From: Squalus acanthias
Lineage: Eukaryota
DNA: 64,000 nt
NCBI GenBank assembly: GCA_030390025.1
Contig: CM059432.1
Span: 68,326,001 to 68,390,000 of the forward strand
Reading direction: 5' to 3'
Shown: in pieces, positions 48,076-60,167 of the stretch
How the letters are laid out: the number at the start of each line of letters is the position of its first letter
Numbering within the stretch: the first letter of the stretch is position 1
Translations under genes and position numbers: made by a program
The notes under the pieces: model-generated
Told to the model about the DNA's origin: nothing
Database searches by the model: none
Seen by the model: only the letters and a program-made list of their open reading frames with translations

Positions 48076-49018
48076 GACTTGTTTGAGTGAAGGCTTGCAG
48101 CTCCTTGCAGGCCCAGTTCTCAAGCAGCAATGATCAGAGTGAAGCTGTGCAGCATGATTAAACCTCCCCTTTAAGAACTGGAAGACGCCAGTCTGTCTGA
48201 GTACTTGTAATGGAAGGTAGCGCCCCGCTCTCCGACGTTAGCGCCCTAAAAGAAGTGTGTAGTGCTTGATTTAGCGCTCCACTTCCCTCTTGGGGGCGCT
48301 AAAACTCAATTTTGCGGTCACCGGTGCCCAGGCGATGTTAGCACCCCAAAATGGTCGATACTGAATTTTTACCCCCAACACACTAAAACACTGGACTGTG
48401 CAGTCTTAGTTCAGCGAAGCATTAGATAACGCAGAAACCAAAAGGAAAAAATCTGTTTAGTTTACTGCACACTGCTGCTGCAAACCTCCCATTCTTTTTG
48501 AAACATCAATAAAAATTACTGTTGGCGATGTTATTGCACAAACATTTGATGCATTCAAATTCCTATCTCAGCTATTTTTAACAGTCTATTTATTTTAAAT
48601 GGATGAATGTCTCCCTTAAAATATCTGAGATGAAGTTGATATGAGCATGTTAAGTATTCATACAATAATATTGGCAACAGTAATTTGTATCTTAAAGTTA
48701 GGGATTGAATTTCATAGACCTTTCTAAAAGCTACCTCAGGAGAACAATTCTCACTTACAATATGACTGCTCTGAAAAATCACGTCATTTTTGACACATTT
48801 ATGACTTTTTACCCATTCATTGATACTAATACTTATTCAAATGAGGGTATAACATTGTGAAAGCAGCAAGAAGGCAGTTGGAGCTATACGTTGTGGACAA
48901 GACAGGCTATCAAAATCTTCATGTTACATCTTGTTTATTGAAATGGGGAATGTGGATGATGTGGGGAACCAACATTGGAGGGCAAAGCAAATAAAAATTA
49001 GAGGGAAGCAAATCTTTT

Positions 49019-50786
49019 GGCCTGAATTCGCCTAACTCGGTGGGTCCGGTGCAGTCGGGGTCGGTGGCGGGGTGCGACCTCGCTACTGGCTCCAGCCCGC
49101 TCTGTCAAATGATTTTATGCTGATTGAGCTTGTTAAGCCCGCCCAGCGTGTTTCACGGCCAATTGAAGGAAGCGGGTCTGATGATGTCATTTGATGACGC
49201 GTCATCAGCCGGTTTCCTTAAAGGGACCATGCACAAATTGATTTTGACAGTTGTGCTGTCAGAGTTCTATAGCATTGAGGTGCTGCAAACACTGCAGAGA
49301 GGTGCACGGCTGCACCCAGGCTCTCCCATGACTCCCTCCATATGCTTATAGAGGGAGTCACAACACGCAGGGAAGTCCTCTTCCCTTCCCATGGGCGGAA
49401 GAGACCTCCCCAGGAGACCAACGCAGCCTGGCTGCACACTGCACAGGAGGACACAAGCAGGGATGTCAAAAGGAGGGCCAGGCTGCAGTGGCACAAACCT
49501 TTCAATGATCTCAGCAGATCACAAAACGTTACTGCAAAGCCACACTCAACCTCATCCCCATCAATCTGCCTTCCCTACCCTACTCCTGCACATCCTTACT
49601 CACACCAACTTACCTTGCACCTCCACCCATCCCTCTCTATCTATATTATCACTTCCCCATCTCACTTGCCACCCCTCACACTCACCTTCATCCTAGTCCA
49701 ATCATACCAAGTAACAACACACAAGGGTAGGCACTTGGGTGTTTTAGCTAATGTTCATGTAAAGTTTCTGTTAATGTGCTGTCAAACATTGAAATCTTTA
49801 TTTTCAACACTTTGCGTTCTTGGACAGATTTGTGTGCACCTTTGGAAGTAGCTTAGTGAGTTGCAGTGAATGGTGAGACATAAGGGTACACCCCCACCCC
49901 CACCTCCCCCCGCCAATGGTGATGAATGTGAAAGGAATGGCTTGGGCATTGTGGGGATGCTTTATGGTGTTGGTGTGGAGTGGTGTCAACCTGGCGCATG
50001 ATGTGGCAGCCAGGGTGTATAGCATCAAGTGAAGTAAATCTGGCCATGGTGAGGCCATCCCTGGCCTCCCAGGCAGCAATGTGGCCGAGTGCTGATGCCG
50101 TGCGTCCTGTGCAGCATCAGTTGATTGCGGGGAGGTTGGTGTTGTTGCTGGTGCTGCTGGTGTGCCTGGTGCTGCTGGTGTTGAGGCTGATTGTGGTGGG
50201 ATTCTGAGGACCAAGGTGAGAGAGTTTCAAGGGCACCAATGCTGATGGAATAGATAGCAGGTGACGTTGAGATGACAGAAGCGATCTGTCAATGGTGAGA
50301 GAGGTTGTTCCAATGAATTGACACTGGATAGAGAGTTTGCTCCAAACTCTTGCTAGCTGCATAAAGCTCAATCTCTCTTCCAAAAGCAGTAAGCAACAGC
50401 TTCTAACCTTGGAAAGTGAACAGCTATGAAATGGGAGCTTGTATATACCATTTGCAGCTGTCAAGTTAAGAAATCATCCCATGCTGACACAACTCCTGAC
50501 CTCCTTACCTGACGTGATCCCCGAGCAGCGGGGAAGCTGTGGGTGAACTCTTAAAATCTAAAGGTGAGCTTAAAATAGTTTTTAAGTGCCTGTTAACAAG
50601 CTCTTAATAATCTGAATTGCCTCCCCCACTGCTTGGTGTCGGGTCTGTTCAGCGATGACAGACCCAACATCTGGGAGACTAGTGTGGAGGCGGCTTGATA
50701 GCTGGTTCCCTACCCGCTGTCCAAAAAAATTTTCGCACCCGACCCGCCACCAAACGCGCCCAGTGACCCCCCGAAAAATTCTCCCC
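49019..50786. mobile_element. Harbinger deletion derivative retaining Myb exon 1 (on +)
   Basis: LIEGVTTRREVLFPSHGRK...AWL...WHKPFNDL at 49342-49520; degenerate TIRs flanked by TTT. Confidence 0.7.
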
Positions 50787-50907
50787 TTTAAATCTATATC
50801 AGCAGTGGGCTGCATTTTGGTTTTCTTTATGAGAAGTGTGGCACTATTCCTGGATAGGACATCCAGATGATAATAAATGCTAGAAAGAAACAGATGTTGG
50901 GAACACT

Positions 50908-51560
50908 GGGGGAGAAATTCAGTATCGCCCCGTTTGGGGTGCTAAATTTAGAAAGCTGGAAAAATTAGTGGCAAGCAGTAATGATTCTCAGCTTTCTCTA
51001 AATTGGGTGTTAGCGCTCCAGAAGGGAAGTGGGAGCGCTAAATCAGGGACGGTAGCGGTGCAGCATTGCACAATGATCACTGCAGCGCTGCCGGGATCCG
51101 AGGGCTCCTTCCCTCCCTTAAAGGGAAGGGCCATTACTGCAGGCTCTGCATTACAACGATGTCCCTCGTCGCCGACGGCAGCCGGGATCCGCGACGATCA
51201 GGCCCAAGCACGCTAACAGAGTGCAGGGCTGATCAATCGTGGCAGTTAAACATTTTCAAATGGCAACCTAAGGGATGGAAACTAATTTTTTCTGCAGACT
51301 AGCGGCCTTACCTTCAACGACCGCTCCTGAAGCAACCGGCCTCCCGAACAACGCCTCCTGCAGCTGTCGGTGCTATCGCCTGGCGATGCTGCAGGCTGCG
51401 CAGCCAGATGACATCACGATCTCCAGGCGCAGGAGATTGTGGCGCTAGGGGTTACCGCCGCCGCAAAGTTCCAGGTGAATTTTGCGGGCAGCGGTACTAT
51501 CGCCGCGTGCGGGCGGTAAGTCGTTAGCGTCCTGTTATCACCCCCAGAGACGCTCACCGT
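50908..51560. mobile_element. Harbinger MITE related to 13149-13828, right end eroded
   Basis: Starts GGGGGAGAAATTCAGTATCG, similar to the copy D TIR. Confidence 0.7.
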
Positions 51561-51739
51561 CCATTTCCTTCACAGCAGTGAGTGCTTGTGGTGTAGGGAG
51601 AGACGGTTTAGCAGTTTCCAGGTCATTTACCCATTAACTCTCTTACTACAATTGATGCATCTATTGATTCTTTTCTCTACCCTTCCCCTCCCTGCTTTTC
51701 TATATTTTTGTCCAACCTTATGAAATGTCTATCTATCTT

Positions 51740-51865
51740 TCATTCTCCAGTTCTGAAGAAGGTATATCCTAACCTGTCCTTTCCCTTTACAGATACTGAC
51801 AATCCTGCTGTATATTTTCTGCATTTTCTGTTTTGATTAAAGATTTCTAGCAATTGCAGTTTTTC
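51740..51865 (+). mobile_element. Old Penelope pseudo-LTR remnant
   Basis: CCAGTTCTGAAGAAGG ... GCATTTTCTGTTTT, a diverged version of family B. Confidence 0.55.
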
Positions 51866-52130
51866 TTTTTCCTTTTATTCTCCAGATGATGGCAACTGCT
51901 TTTCTGGGTAGATCATTTAAAAAACAATACTGTATGTTTCCCAGGAAAACCTCTCTATTGTTCCACATTCTGCTTTGTCCCCACAATGCTTTGTCAAAAT
52001 GTTCCCTGCCACCTTGACCATTTCTTTCTTTATCTGTATTTTTTCCCTAAAATGTTGGCCTCAAATGACTATTTTTCAGTTAAATTCTTGTCCGTTTAAT
52101 TAGAAATTTAAAAGGACACACACGCTCACT

Positions 52131-53062
52131 GGAGGTGATTTTTGAGGCCTCCCGCCAGGTGGAAATGAGACGGTAGTGCCCTGAAAATGGTGAGGAATGA
52201 CTTACTGCTCTGTTCCCACCAACGATGTGGCCCTATCTTCCCCAGAACCTAGCGCTGGATGGTTGGAGCGCCTGCCTGAGTCAGGCGGTAAGCCTTTTTA
52301 ATTTACAAATTAGTGCCCTATAACGTACATGGGAGCCTGATTACCATTTTAGGACAGTACTGGGCACAGTTGCAAATGTTCTGCCTACCATCATCTGGCA
52401 GTTCAGCTGAAGAGATGCCTAACAGGTAAATTTTAATTTATTTTTGTGGGGCTGGAAGGAGCATTAATACCATTTTTCCGGGTTTCCACAGCTTTCTGCC
52501 AAAGATATGGCCGACAAGCGGGAGAAGTATCATGGAGATTCGCCCGTAGTATGTCTTGCTGTCAGTGGCACGGCTTGAAAGAAGGCATGTCAGACCAATC
52601 AACAGCCAGCATACCCTGATCGGCCACACCTGCCAAGACATAGCCCACTATATCTGCTGTCCTGGAACACCTATCGCCAATAACCATGGAAAAGTGTCTG
52701 TTTCCAAATAGATCTGCTGCAAAGACACTTGCAGCTACCATGCAGCATAGGCTGTCACATCCAATGACAGCAATGGGAAACTGTGGCTTTAAATCTGAAA
52801 TACTGACCTATGCTGTGGAATGGCGCCATCATCCTTGCAAGCACCTCATGCAGCACTAATTCACCTTCAGCAGCCATCAGACTGGCTGTTAGCTTTGGCT
52901 GCTCCAACATTTACCCACAGACTCATGTCTGCACTTTGCATTTCCTTCCCCTTTATTTTCTTCTGCCTCTACTTAGCCCCTGCCCTGCAGCCTTGAAAAA
53001 GGCTGATAATGGGGTCAGATGCCTTCTGAGGCGCTACAAAATCTATCCAAATTTCTGTCCCC
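52131..53062. mobile_element. Degenerate Harbinger-type MITE(s)
   Basis: TIR-like ends GGAGGTGATTTT and AAATTTCTGTCCCC; may be composite. Confidence 0.45.
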
Positions 53063-53212
53063 TTATTGTGACATGTCCCTTTAACCGTCCCCATTCCTTT
53101 AAATTTTACTTCATTTTCTCTGCCACCTCCATTGTACGCTCCTCACTTGTTTTAATGTCTACCTAAAGCTATGCAAATCAGTTAGCTTTGGAAATCTGGA
53201 TGTAAACAGCAT

Positions 53213-53845
53213 GGGAGGAATTTTAACCCCCCAGGATGGGCAGGAGAAGGGCGAGGTGGGGGGTGTTAAATTTTTAAAATTCGGAAACGCTACCCCAACC
53301 CAACGCAAACGGGCCTACTTCCGATTTAACCGAGGTGGTTGGGAGTTGGGCTTGTAACCTGCTCTCGAGAGGTGGGTCAGTAATTATAATATTTAATTAA
53401 GCCTGTGCCTCTCAGATTTTAGTAGCCATGTGGATTTATCGGCTGTGACCTGGGTTTCATAGGGACTCAAGAAACCCAGCAGCTAAAGGGAGGCGAGAAC
53501 TGCCGGAACCAGCAGGTAAGTGCTTTTCCAGCACTACTTGTGGGCCAGGTGTGCTTCCCCTGGCCTCCTAAGCTAACCTGTCGCAATTGGCCTCACTCCT
53601 CGCAATCAGCCTCCCTCCTGGCTGATCTGCCACAATCCGATGTCTCACCCCTGCTATTTCCTCCCTGCGATCTCCCCCCCACGATCTTCCCCACTCCCCG
53701 CAATCTCTTCCCTCGCGATCCCCCCCACAGCCCACGATCTCCCCCGCCCCACGATCCCTCCCGCCCTCCTCTCCATCCCTGGCTGTGGCTTTGTACACAG
53801 GCTTTCCTGCCTAGCAGCCAGCCAGCCTCTCAATCTGATCTTGCA
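53213..53845. mobile_element. Partial Harbinger-type MITE with CGATCTCCCC-type internal repeats
   Basis: Starts GGGAGGAATTTTAACCCC; short degenerate repeats at 53660-53760. Confidence 0.55.
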
Positions 53846-54116
53846 GGGTGTTGTGCATAGTATCAAATGATTCCAGTGGATGATCATGCTCAATTGGCAA
53901 CTGTCTGTTATGAGTTCTGAATCAATGTGCGCTGCAGTTAAGGATGGACGCAGGCCCTAGCGCCAACAGGTTCCTGCTCCTGCAGTGCCACCACCATCAC
54001 TTTCTCTTTACTTATGGTCTGTAATGCACCCAGTTACGTCGGAACATACAACTGTTCTCTCACCCCAGGGTTGATATACCTATGCTGCTGCTTGTAACGT
54101 GTGAAGTAATTGACCC

Positions 54117-56181
54117 TTAGGGACAAAATTAACATTCAATTGGACAAGTGTGGACCAATTAAGGAAAACCAGCACAGATTTATTAAAAGCAAATCGTGTT
54201 TAAATAACTTGATTGAGTTTTTTGATGAGGTAACAGAGAGGGTTGATGAGGGCAATGCAGTTGATGTGGTGTAGATGGTCTTTCAAAAGGCGTTTGATAA
54301 AGTGTCACATAATAGGCTTGCCAGCAAAGTTGAAGCCCATGGAATAAAAGGGACAGTGGCAACATGGATACAAAATTGGCTAAGTGACAGGAAACAGAGA
54401 GTAGTGGTGAACAGTTGTTTTTCAGACTGGAGGAAGGTATACAGTGGTGTACCCCAGGGGTCGGTACTAGGACCACTGCTTTTCTTGATACATATTGGCC
54501 CAGAAATTAAAGACTGAGTGTTGACGCGGGGGTAAGGCTTCCCCGCGATCTCTCACTCCGCGTTGGCTTTTTCAGATCCAGCTCGCACGAACTTGATGTT
54601 CTAGACATCAGCTGGGCAGTGCTTGCGTATCCCACCGGCGTAGTGAATTCGTGCGAGCTGTGGGATCACGTGACTCAGTTAGAGCCAATGGCAGCACACC
54701 ATCTTCCATTCATAAGTTTCACATAAGTGCTGTGAAAGCTATGAATCTTACACACCCCCAAAATAACAGCTAAACCTCAATTAAATTTAAAAAAAAACCA
54801 TCACATTAATAAAATAAGTATAGTTAAATAAATTAACCATTTTAAATAAAAAATTAAATTTTTGAAAAAATTTAAAATCTTTTAAAAATTTATAAAAATA
54901 AACTTACCTGTCTTTAAAGTCTCTAAAAAAGATATACCTGTTTAAAAAAATTCAAAATAATACTTAATTCACTACTTACCTTGTTAAAAGTGGGTCTTAC
55001 TCCTCCTTTTTTCATTTCTAAAATCTTCCGTCCTTACCTGCGCGTCCAAAGCACTAAGTGCACAGCGTGCGCGCAGCCTGTAGCGCGCACGCGGTGCACC
55101 GAGGAACCGCCCCCTTTTCCAAAAACCAAGTGCCGGTTTTCAGCGCATGCGCAGTGCATGCAGAAAACCGGCAATTGGTGACAGAATACGCGAGAGTATG
55201 CAGTGCGTACTCTCGCGTCGCGGGACTAATTTTTGGGCCATTAATAACTTGGACTTGGGTGTACAGGGCACAATTTCAAAATTTGCAGATGACACAAGCC
55301 TTGGAAGTATAGTGAACAGTGAGGAGGAGAGTGATAGACTTCGAGAAAACGTAGACAGGCTGGTGAAATGGACGGACACGTGGCAGATGAAATTTAATGC
55401 AGAAAAGTGTGAAGTGATACATTTTGGTAGGAAGAACGAAGGGAGGCGATATAAACTAAAGGGTGCAATTCTAAAGGGGGTGCATGAACAGACAGACCTG
55501 GGGGTATATGTGCACAAATCGTTGAAGGTGGCAGGGCAGGTTGAGAAAGCAGTTAAAAAAGCATATGGGATCCTGGGCTTCATAAATAGAAGCATAGAAT
55601 ACAAAAGCAAGGAAGTTATGATGAACCTTTATAAAACACTGGTTCGGCCTCAACTGGAGTATTGTGTCCAATTCTGGGCACCGCACTTTAGGAAGGATGT
55701 GAAGGCCTTCGAGAGGGTACAGAAAAGATTTACAAGAATGGTTCCAGGGATGAGGGACTTCAGTTACGTGGATAGACTGGAGAATCTGGGGTTGTTCTCC
55801 TTAGAGCAGAGAAGGTTGAGAGGAGTTTTGATGGAGTAGATAGAGAGAAACTGTTCCCATTGGTGGAAGGGCTTGAGAACCAGAGGACACAGATTTAAGG
55901 TGATTGGCAGAAGAACCAAAGTCGACATCAGGAAAAACTTTTTTACGCAGAGAGTGGTTAGGATCTGGAATGCACTGCCCGAAAGGGTGGTGGAGGCAGA
56001 TTCAATCGTGGCTTTCAAAAGGGAATTGGATAAGTACCTGAAGGAAAAAAATTTGCAGGGCTTCGGGGAAAGGGTGGGTGAGTGGAAGTAGCTGAAGTGC
56101 TCTTGCAGAGAGCTGGCACGGGCTCGATGGGCCGAATGGCCTCCTTGTGTGCTGTAACAATTCTATGATTCTATGATTCTA
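54117..56181 (+). mobile_element. 5'-truncated CR1 (RT) interrupted by a MITE
   Basis: QGSVLGPLLFLI|NNLD...KFADDT; (ATTCTATG)n tail. Confidence 0.92.
54497..55239 (-). mobile_element. Harbinger-type MITE, TSD ATT
   Basis: GGCCCAGAAATT ... AATTTTTGGGCC; ATT at 54494-54496 and 55240-55242; removing it restores the CR1 RT sequence. Confidence 0.93.
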
Positions 56182-56851
56182 ATGCAGGGTTGTGTGAGGT
56201 GCTACCTTCTTCCTATTGCCTGGGAGCTACAAGACCTTGTTCAAGCGTGCCTATAGAAAACAAAGAGAAATATATGTTAAATTCTTGGCTGCAAGGCTCC
56301 CATACAAACTATGCTTACATATCAATATACTGTCGGCGCAAAATTCGGATCCATAGCACCTGTCTTTTGGGCTCAATGAGTGCCCTTAGAGGTCCAAAAT
56401 GGCATCCATGGCACGCGTGCACTCTTGTGGGGCAAATCGTGCCGGACGCCATATTGCTAAGGGCGTTCGCGCGGGCCGCAGTGAGTGTCTGCCGGAAGTA
56501 AGCAGAGCGGGCTGATCATGACGTCAATTAGCATGCAATGCTGATTTGATGCCAGCACTGCCATTTTGGAGCTCAACACTCCAGCTAACACCTTCTCTTA
56601 AGCTCGCACAGCAGAACACGCGTTCAGCAGCAGGAAGGACCCCCCCCCCACCAACGTTATTTAAAGGGATCATCAATTACTTACAGGTTAGTTGCTGGTT
56701 GATTGCTTCTGGCTGTTGGTAGAATTCTACAAGTGTTTGGTGCTTTCTATAGTTGTTTCAAGTTGCAAAAGTCTACAAGGAGTGGTGTGACAGGTGCTGA
56801 AGGACATTTTCCTGACTTCAAGGCTTCTGCACAAACCACTTGCTGACAGAC

Positions 56852-57992
56852 ATGGGTGCACGAGTAGGAATTGCCCTTGGAATACAGCATGACTTGGAGA
56901 ATGAACAGGTGCCACACAGAGCAGGACAAGCTGCTGGAACAGGTGGGAGGAGGAGGGGGGGCAGAAGTGCTCTCAGCAGGAGGCCATATCCGCCCAGTCT
57001 GTTCAGGGAGCAATTCTCCTACCTGAACGTCAGCGAGAAACAATGAGTGAGATATCTGCGCTTCATTAAGAACATACGCACTGAAATTTGCCAACTGCTG
57101 CAGCCACAACTGCAACCACAGAGCAGGGCAGGGCCGTATTGCCAGTGGCTGTGAAGGAGACCATGGCGATGAACTTTTATGCGTCTGGTTTCTTCCAGGC
57201 TGGAGCTGGAGATATTTGCATCATCTTGCAGTTTGCCATCCACTGTTGCGTAAGGGAGGTAACTGAGGCTCTCTATTCCAAGAAAGCTGACTACATTTCA
57301 GTCTCTCTTGCCAGAGACCAGCAGGCGGAGTGCGCACATGGCTTCGCTAGGATTGATGGCTTCCCCATGGCGCATGGTGTCATTGACTGCATACACATCG
57401 CTGTGCGGGCACTGCATGTCAATTCTGTCATATACCGGAACCAAAAGTGATTCCAATCCCTCAATGTCTAGCTGGTGTGCAACCATAGGCAGCAAATCAT
57501 GCAGGTTGATGCCCGGTATCCTGCCAGCAGTCATGATGCCTTCATTCTGCGGCAGTCCGCTGTGCCAGCTGCATTTCAGCCACCTCGGAAAACCAACGGG
57601 TGGCTACTGGTGACAAAGGCTATCCACTGATGACATGGCTCATGACTCCAGTGCGCAACCCATGCACACTTGGGCAGCATGCATACAATGAAAGACATGC
57701 TTCTACACAAAATGTGATAGAGCAGACCATTTGCATGCTGAAACAATGCTTCCGCTGCCTGGACTGCTCTGGAGGAGCCCTGCAGTACTCAGCAGAGCAG
57801 GTGTCAAGATTCGTAGTGGTCTGCTGCATGCTGCACAACCTCGCCATCCTGAGGGCACAGCCAGCTATACAGCGAGCTACGGAGGAGGAGGAGGAGGAAG
57901 ATGAGGAGAAAGAGGAAGGGAGGCGGCAACCTGGACAGCCCCTTTCTGCCCGGGATGTCCATGAAGAACTCATTCGAGTGCGATACCAGTGA
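56852..57992 (+). pseudogene. Harbinger E transposase, degenerate
   Basis: RRPYPP, GVIDCIHI, GDKGYP, CCMLHNL; stops and frameshifts. Confidence 0.9.
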
Positions 57993-58161
57993 ATGCAACC
58001 CCAATTCCCTATTCACCAACAGTCCCACACCTTACCTTTTCTCTGTCACTGACCATCAAGACGTCCGCTTGGCCAAAATGCAAAAATAAAAGCCACCACA
58101 AAATAAACATTCCAAACCAAATTTATAAATCAAATCATGCCATATTGTATACAAACGTAAA

Positions 58162-59348
58162 CTAATTATCCTTGTACATTCCATTGGTGCCTGTCTTCCG
58201 TGTGCCTTTGCCTGTCCTAGTGCTCCTATGGAGTACTACCCCAGTGGCTGCAGCATGGCTGGTGGTAGGCAGTTGACTTTCAGTGGGGGAGACTGCAGAT
58301 GGCCTTGCAGGACGACCTTGAGGAGCTCTGGGTCTAGAAGGCCCGGCTGCAGACTGTACCATCTCGGCATGGGCAGCGACAGTCTGGGCTGACTGGCTGA
58401 CAGGCAACAGCAAGGGTAATGGCGGAGTTGCAGGGGTGGGAGGAAGAATGCTGTCTTCCTGAGAGAGGGCAGCAGGTTCATGCTCTGTGGAGCCACTGCC
58501 ACTCCCCCGGGGCGGCACCGCAGCAATCCTAGTTATCTGTTGGAGGACAGATTGCTGGACTGCTGTGACCCCCTGCAAGCACCATTGTCATCCACAGCCA
58601 TGATGGCAACAATCTGAGTTTCCACTGCAGCACTCAGATGTTGGGTAGCTTCTGCTTGTGCTGCAATGGAAGCTGTGACATCGGCCACCAGACACTGCAT
58701 CATGGTTGGGTTCACGAGTGCGAACGGAGTTGGCCATCACTTCCATAGTGGAAAGGATGGGCTCCAAGCTCTGCGCAAAGCCCTGTGCCAAGTTGCTGCC
58801 GGACTCCTTGACATTGCACATAGGCTTTCTGGCATGCTTCCCAATGCACTAAGCATTTCATTGTCCATACCCATCACCCTTCTTCTGTAGCCTGCCCCAT
58901 CGAAGTCCTCATCTGAGTCCTCATGCAGCAGAACTCGTACGCGACCTCGCCCTCCAGCGAGCTGGCACCTGCGCTATTCTTCCCCTCTGCTCTGGCTCCA
59001 GGCCACTCATGCCTGGTGTCTAACCACGTGCAGATCCCACCTCTATGCTATCCTCTAAATTATGCGCAGTGTAATATCTGAGCTGGTGGCTGCAAGTGTG
59101 AAATCGAGTGATGGTGTGTTTTCATCATCACTGTTCTTTTGCTCTTCCACCACTGCCTGGAAAGGTTGCAGTTCTTGGGTATCTGAAAGGAAAAAGGGAC
59201 AAGGGTAGCGTTGTGGTGAGGGGAGTGGGGAAAGCAAGAGGTGCATGTTTATACCATCAGCAGCTTGTAAATCGAAAGAGATTGTGGGATGAGAGGGACG
59301 TGGGATGTGAGAAGGAGGATTAGGTATGAGGATACCATCACCTTCAAT
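58162..59348 (-). pseudogene. Harbinger E Myb gene, exon 3 and the end of exon 2
   Basis: Homologous to 16708-17447 and 18720-18820. Confidence 0.8.
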
Positions 59349-59852
59349 GTTTTTTTTTGTTCGTTTATGGGATGTGGGCGTCGCTGGCAAGGCCAGCATT
59401 TATTGCCCATCCCAAATTGCTCTTGAGAAGGTGGTGGTGAGCCACCTTCTTGAACCGCTGTAGTCCGTCTGGTGAAGGTACTCCCACAGTGCTGTTAGGT
59501 AGGGAGGTCCAGGATTTTGACCCAGCGACGATGAAGGATCGGCGATATACTTCTAAGTCAGGATGCTGTGTGACTTGGAGGGGAACTTGGAAGTGGTGGT
59601 GTTCCCATGCGCCTGCTAATCTTGTCCTTCTAGGTGGAAGAGGTCGTGGGTTTGGGAGGTGCTGCTGAAGAAGCCTTGGCGAGTTGCTGCAGTGCATCTT
59701 GTAGATGGTACACACTGCAGCCACAGTACGCCGGTGGTGGAGGGAGTGAATGTTTAAGGTGGTAGATGGGGTGCCAATCAAGTGGGCTGCTTTGGATGGT
59801 GTCGAGCTTCTTGAGTGTTGTTGGAGCTGCACTCATCCAGGCAAGTGGAGAG
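59349..59852 (-). mobile_element. 3' part of the second-family LINE, interrupted by the Gypsy element
   Basis: Reverse complement of 36440-36945 (SLHHRRTVAAVCTIYKMH). Confidence 0.9.
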
Positions 59853-60067
59853 TGTCATAAATCGCAAGTAACAACTCAGGAAGTACTACTGGGCGGCCAG
59901 CTGGGGCGCCGTCCAGGGAGTATAAATACTCAGGCATGGGCCCACCTTGGGCAGAGACAATCTGGAAACAGGAAGCTAGTGACTGCTAACTAGACCTCCA
60001 TGTTTTGTTACAAGTTGATTAAAGCCTTGCTTTATGTTCAAGTGCGTAGTGAGTCTTTATTACGTCA
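59853..60067 (+). repeat. 5' LTR of a Gypsy element (~215 bp)
   Basis: TG start exactly at the LINE breakpoint; TATAAATA 59921-59928; ATTAAA 60018-60023; CA at 60066-60067. The end is inferred because the 3' LTR is outside the window. Confidence 0.75.
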
Positions 60068-60167
60068 ATTTAATCAACTTGATATCGTCTCCACGCTTTG
60101 GGTGATTCGGAACAACCAGCTGCAACTCGAACCACAGAAGGGAACTTGGGCAAGAAACTGATCCATC

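Larger units (their letters stand above)
39794..48375 (+). mobile_element. Harbinger copy D, both ends present, TSD CAA
   Basis: The reconstructed left TIR GGGTTAGACATTCAGTAC matches the right TIR (reverse complement GGGGTAAAAATTCAGTAT) at 14/18; CAA at 39791-39793 and 48376-48378. Confidence 0.88.
56333..59348 (+). mobile_element. Harbinger copy E; remainder probably beyond the nested LINE/Gypsy
   Basis: Colinear with copy C. Confidence 0.85.

Noticed and set aside
55147..55839. Chimeric MITE-RT ORF (230 aa)
   Set aside because: A chance in-frame junction between the MITE end and a truncated CR1 RT.
98..59348. All five large Harbingers in the same orientation (piRNA-cluster-like bias)
   Set aside because: Five of five has a 1/16 chance at random, two derivatives are reversed, and the LINEs lie on both strands.
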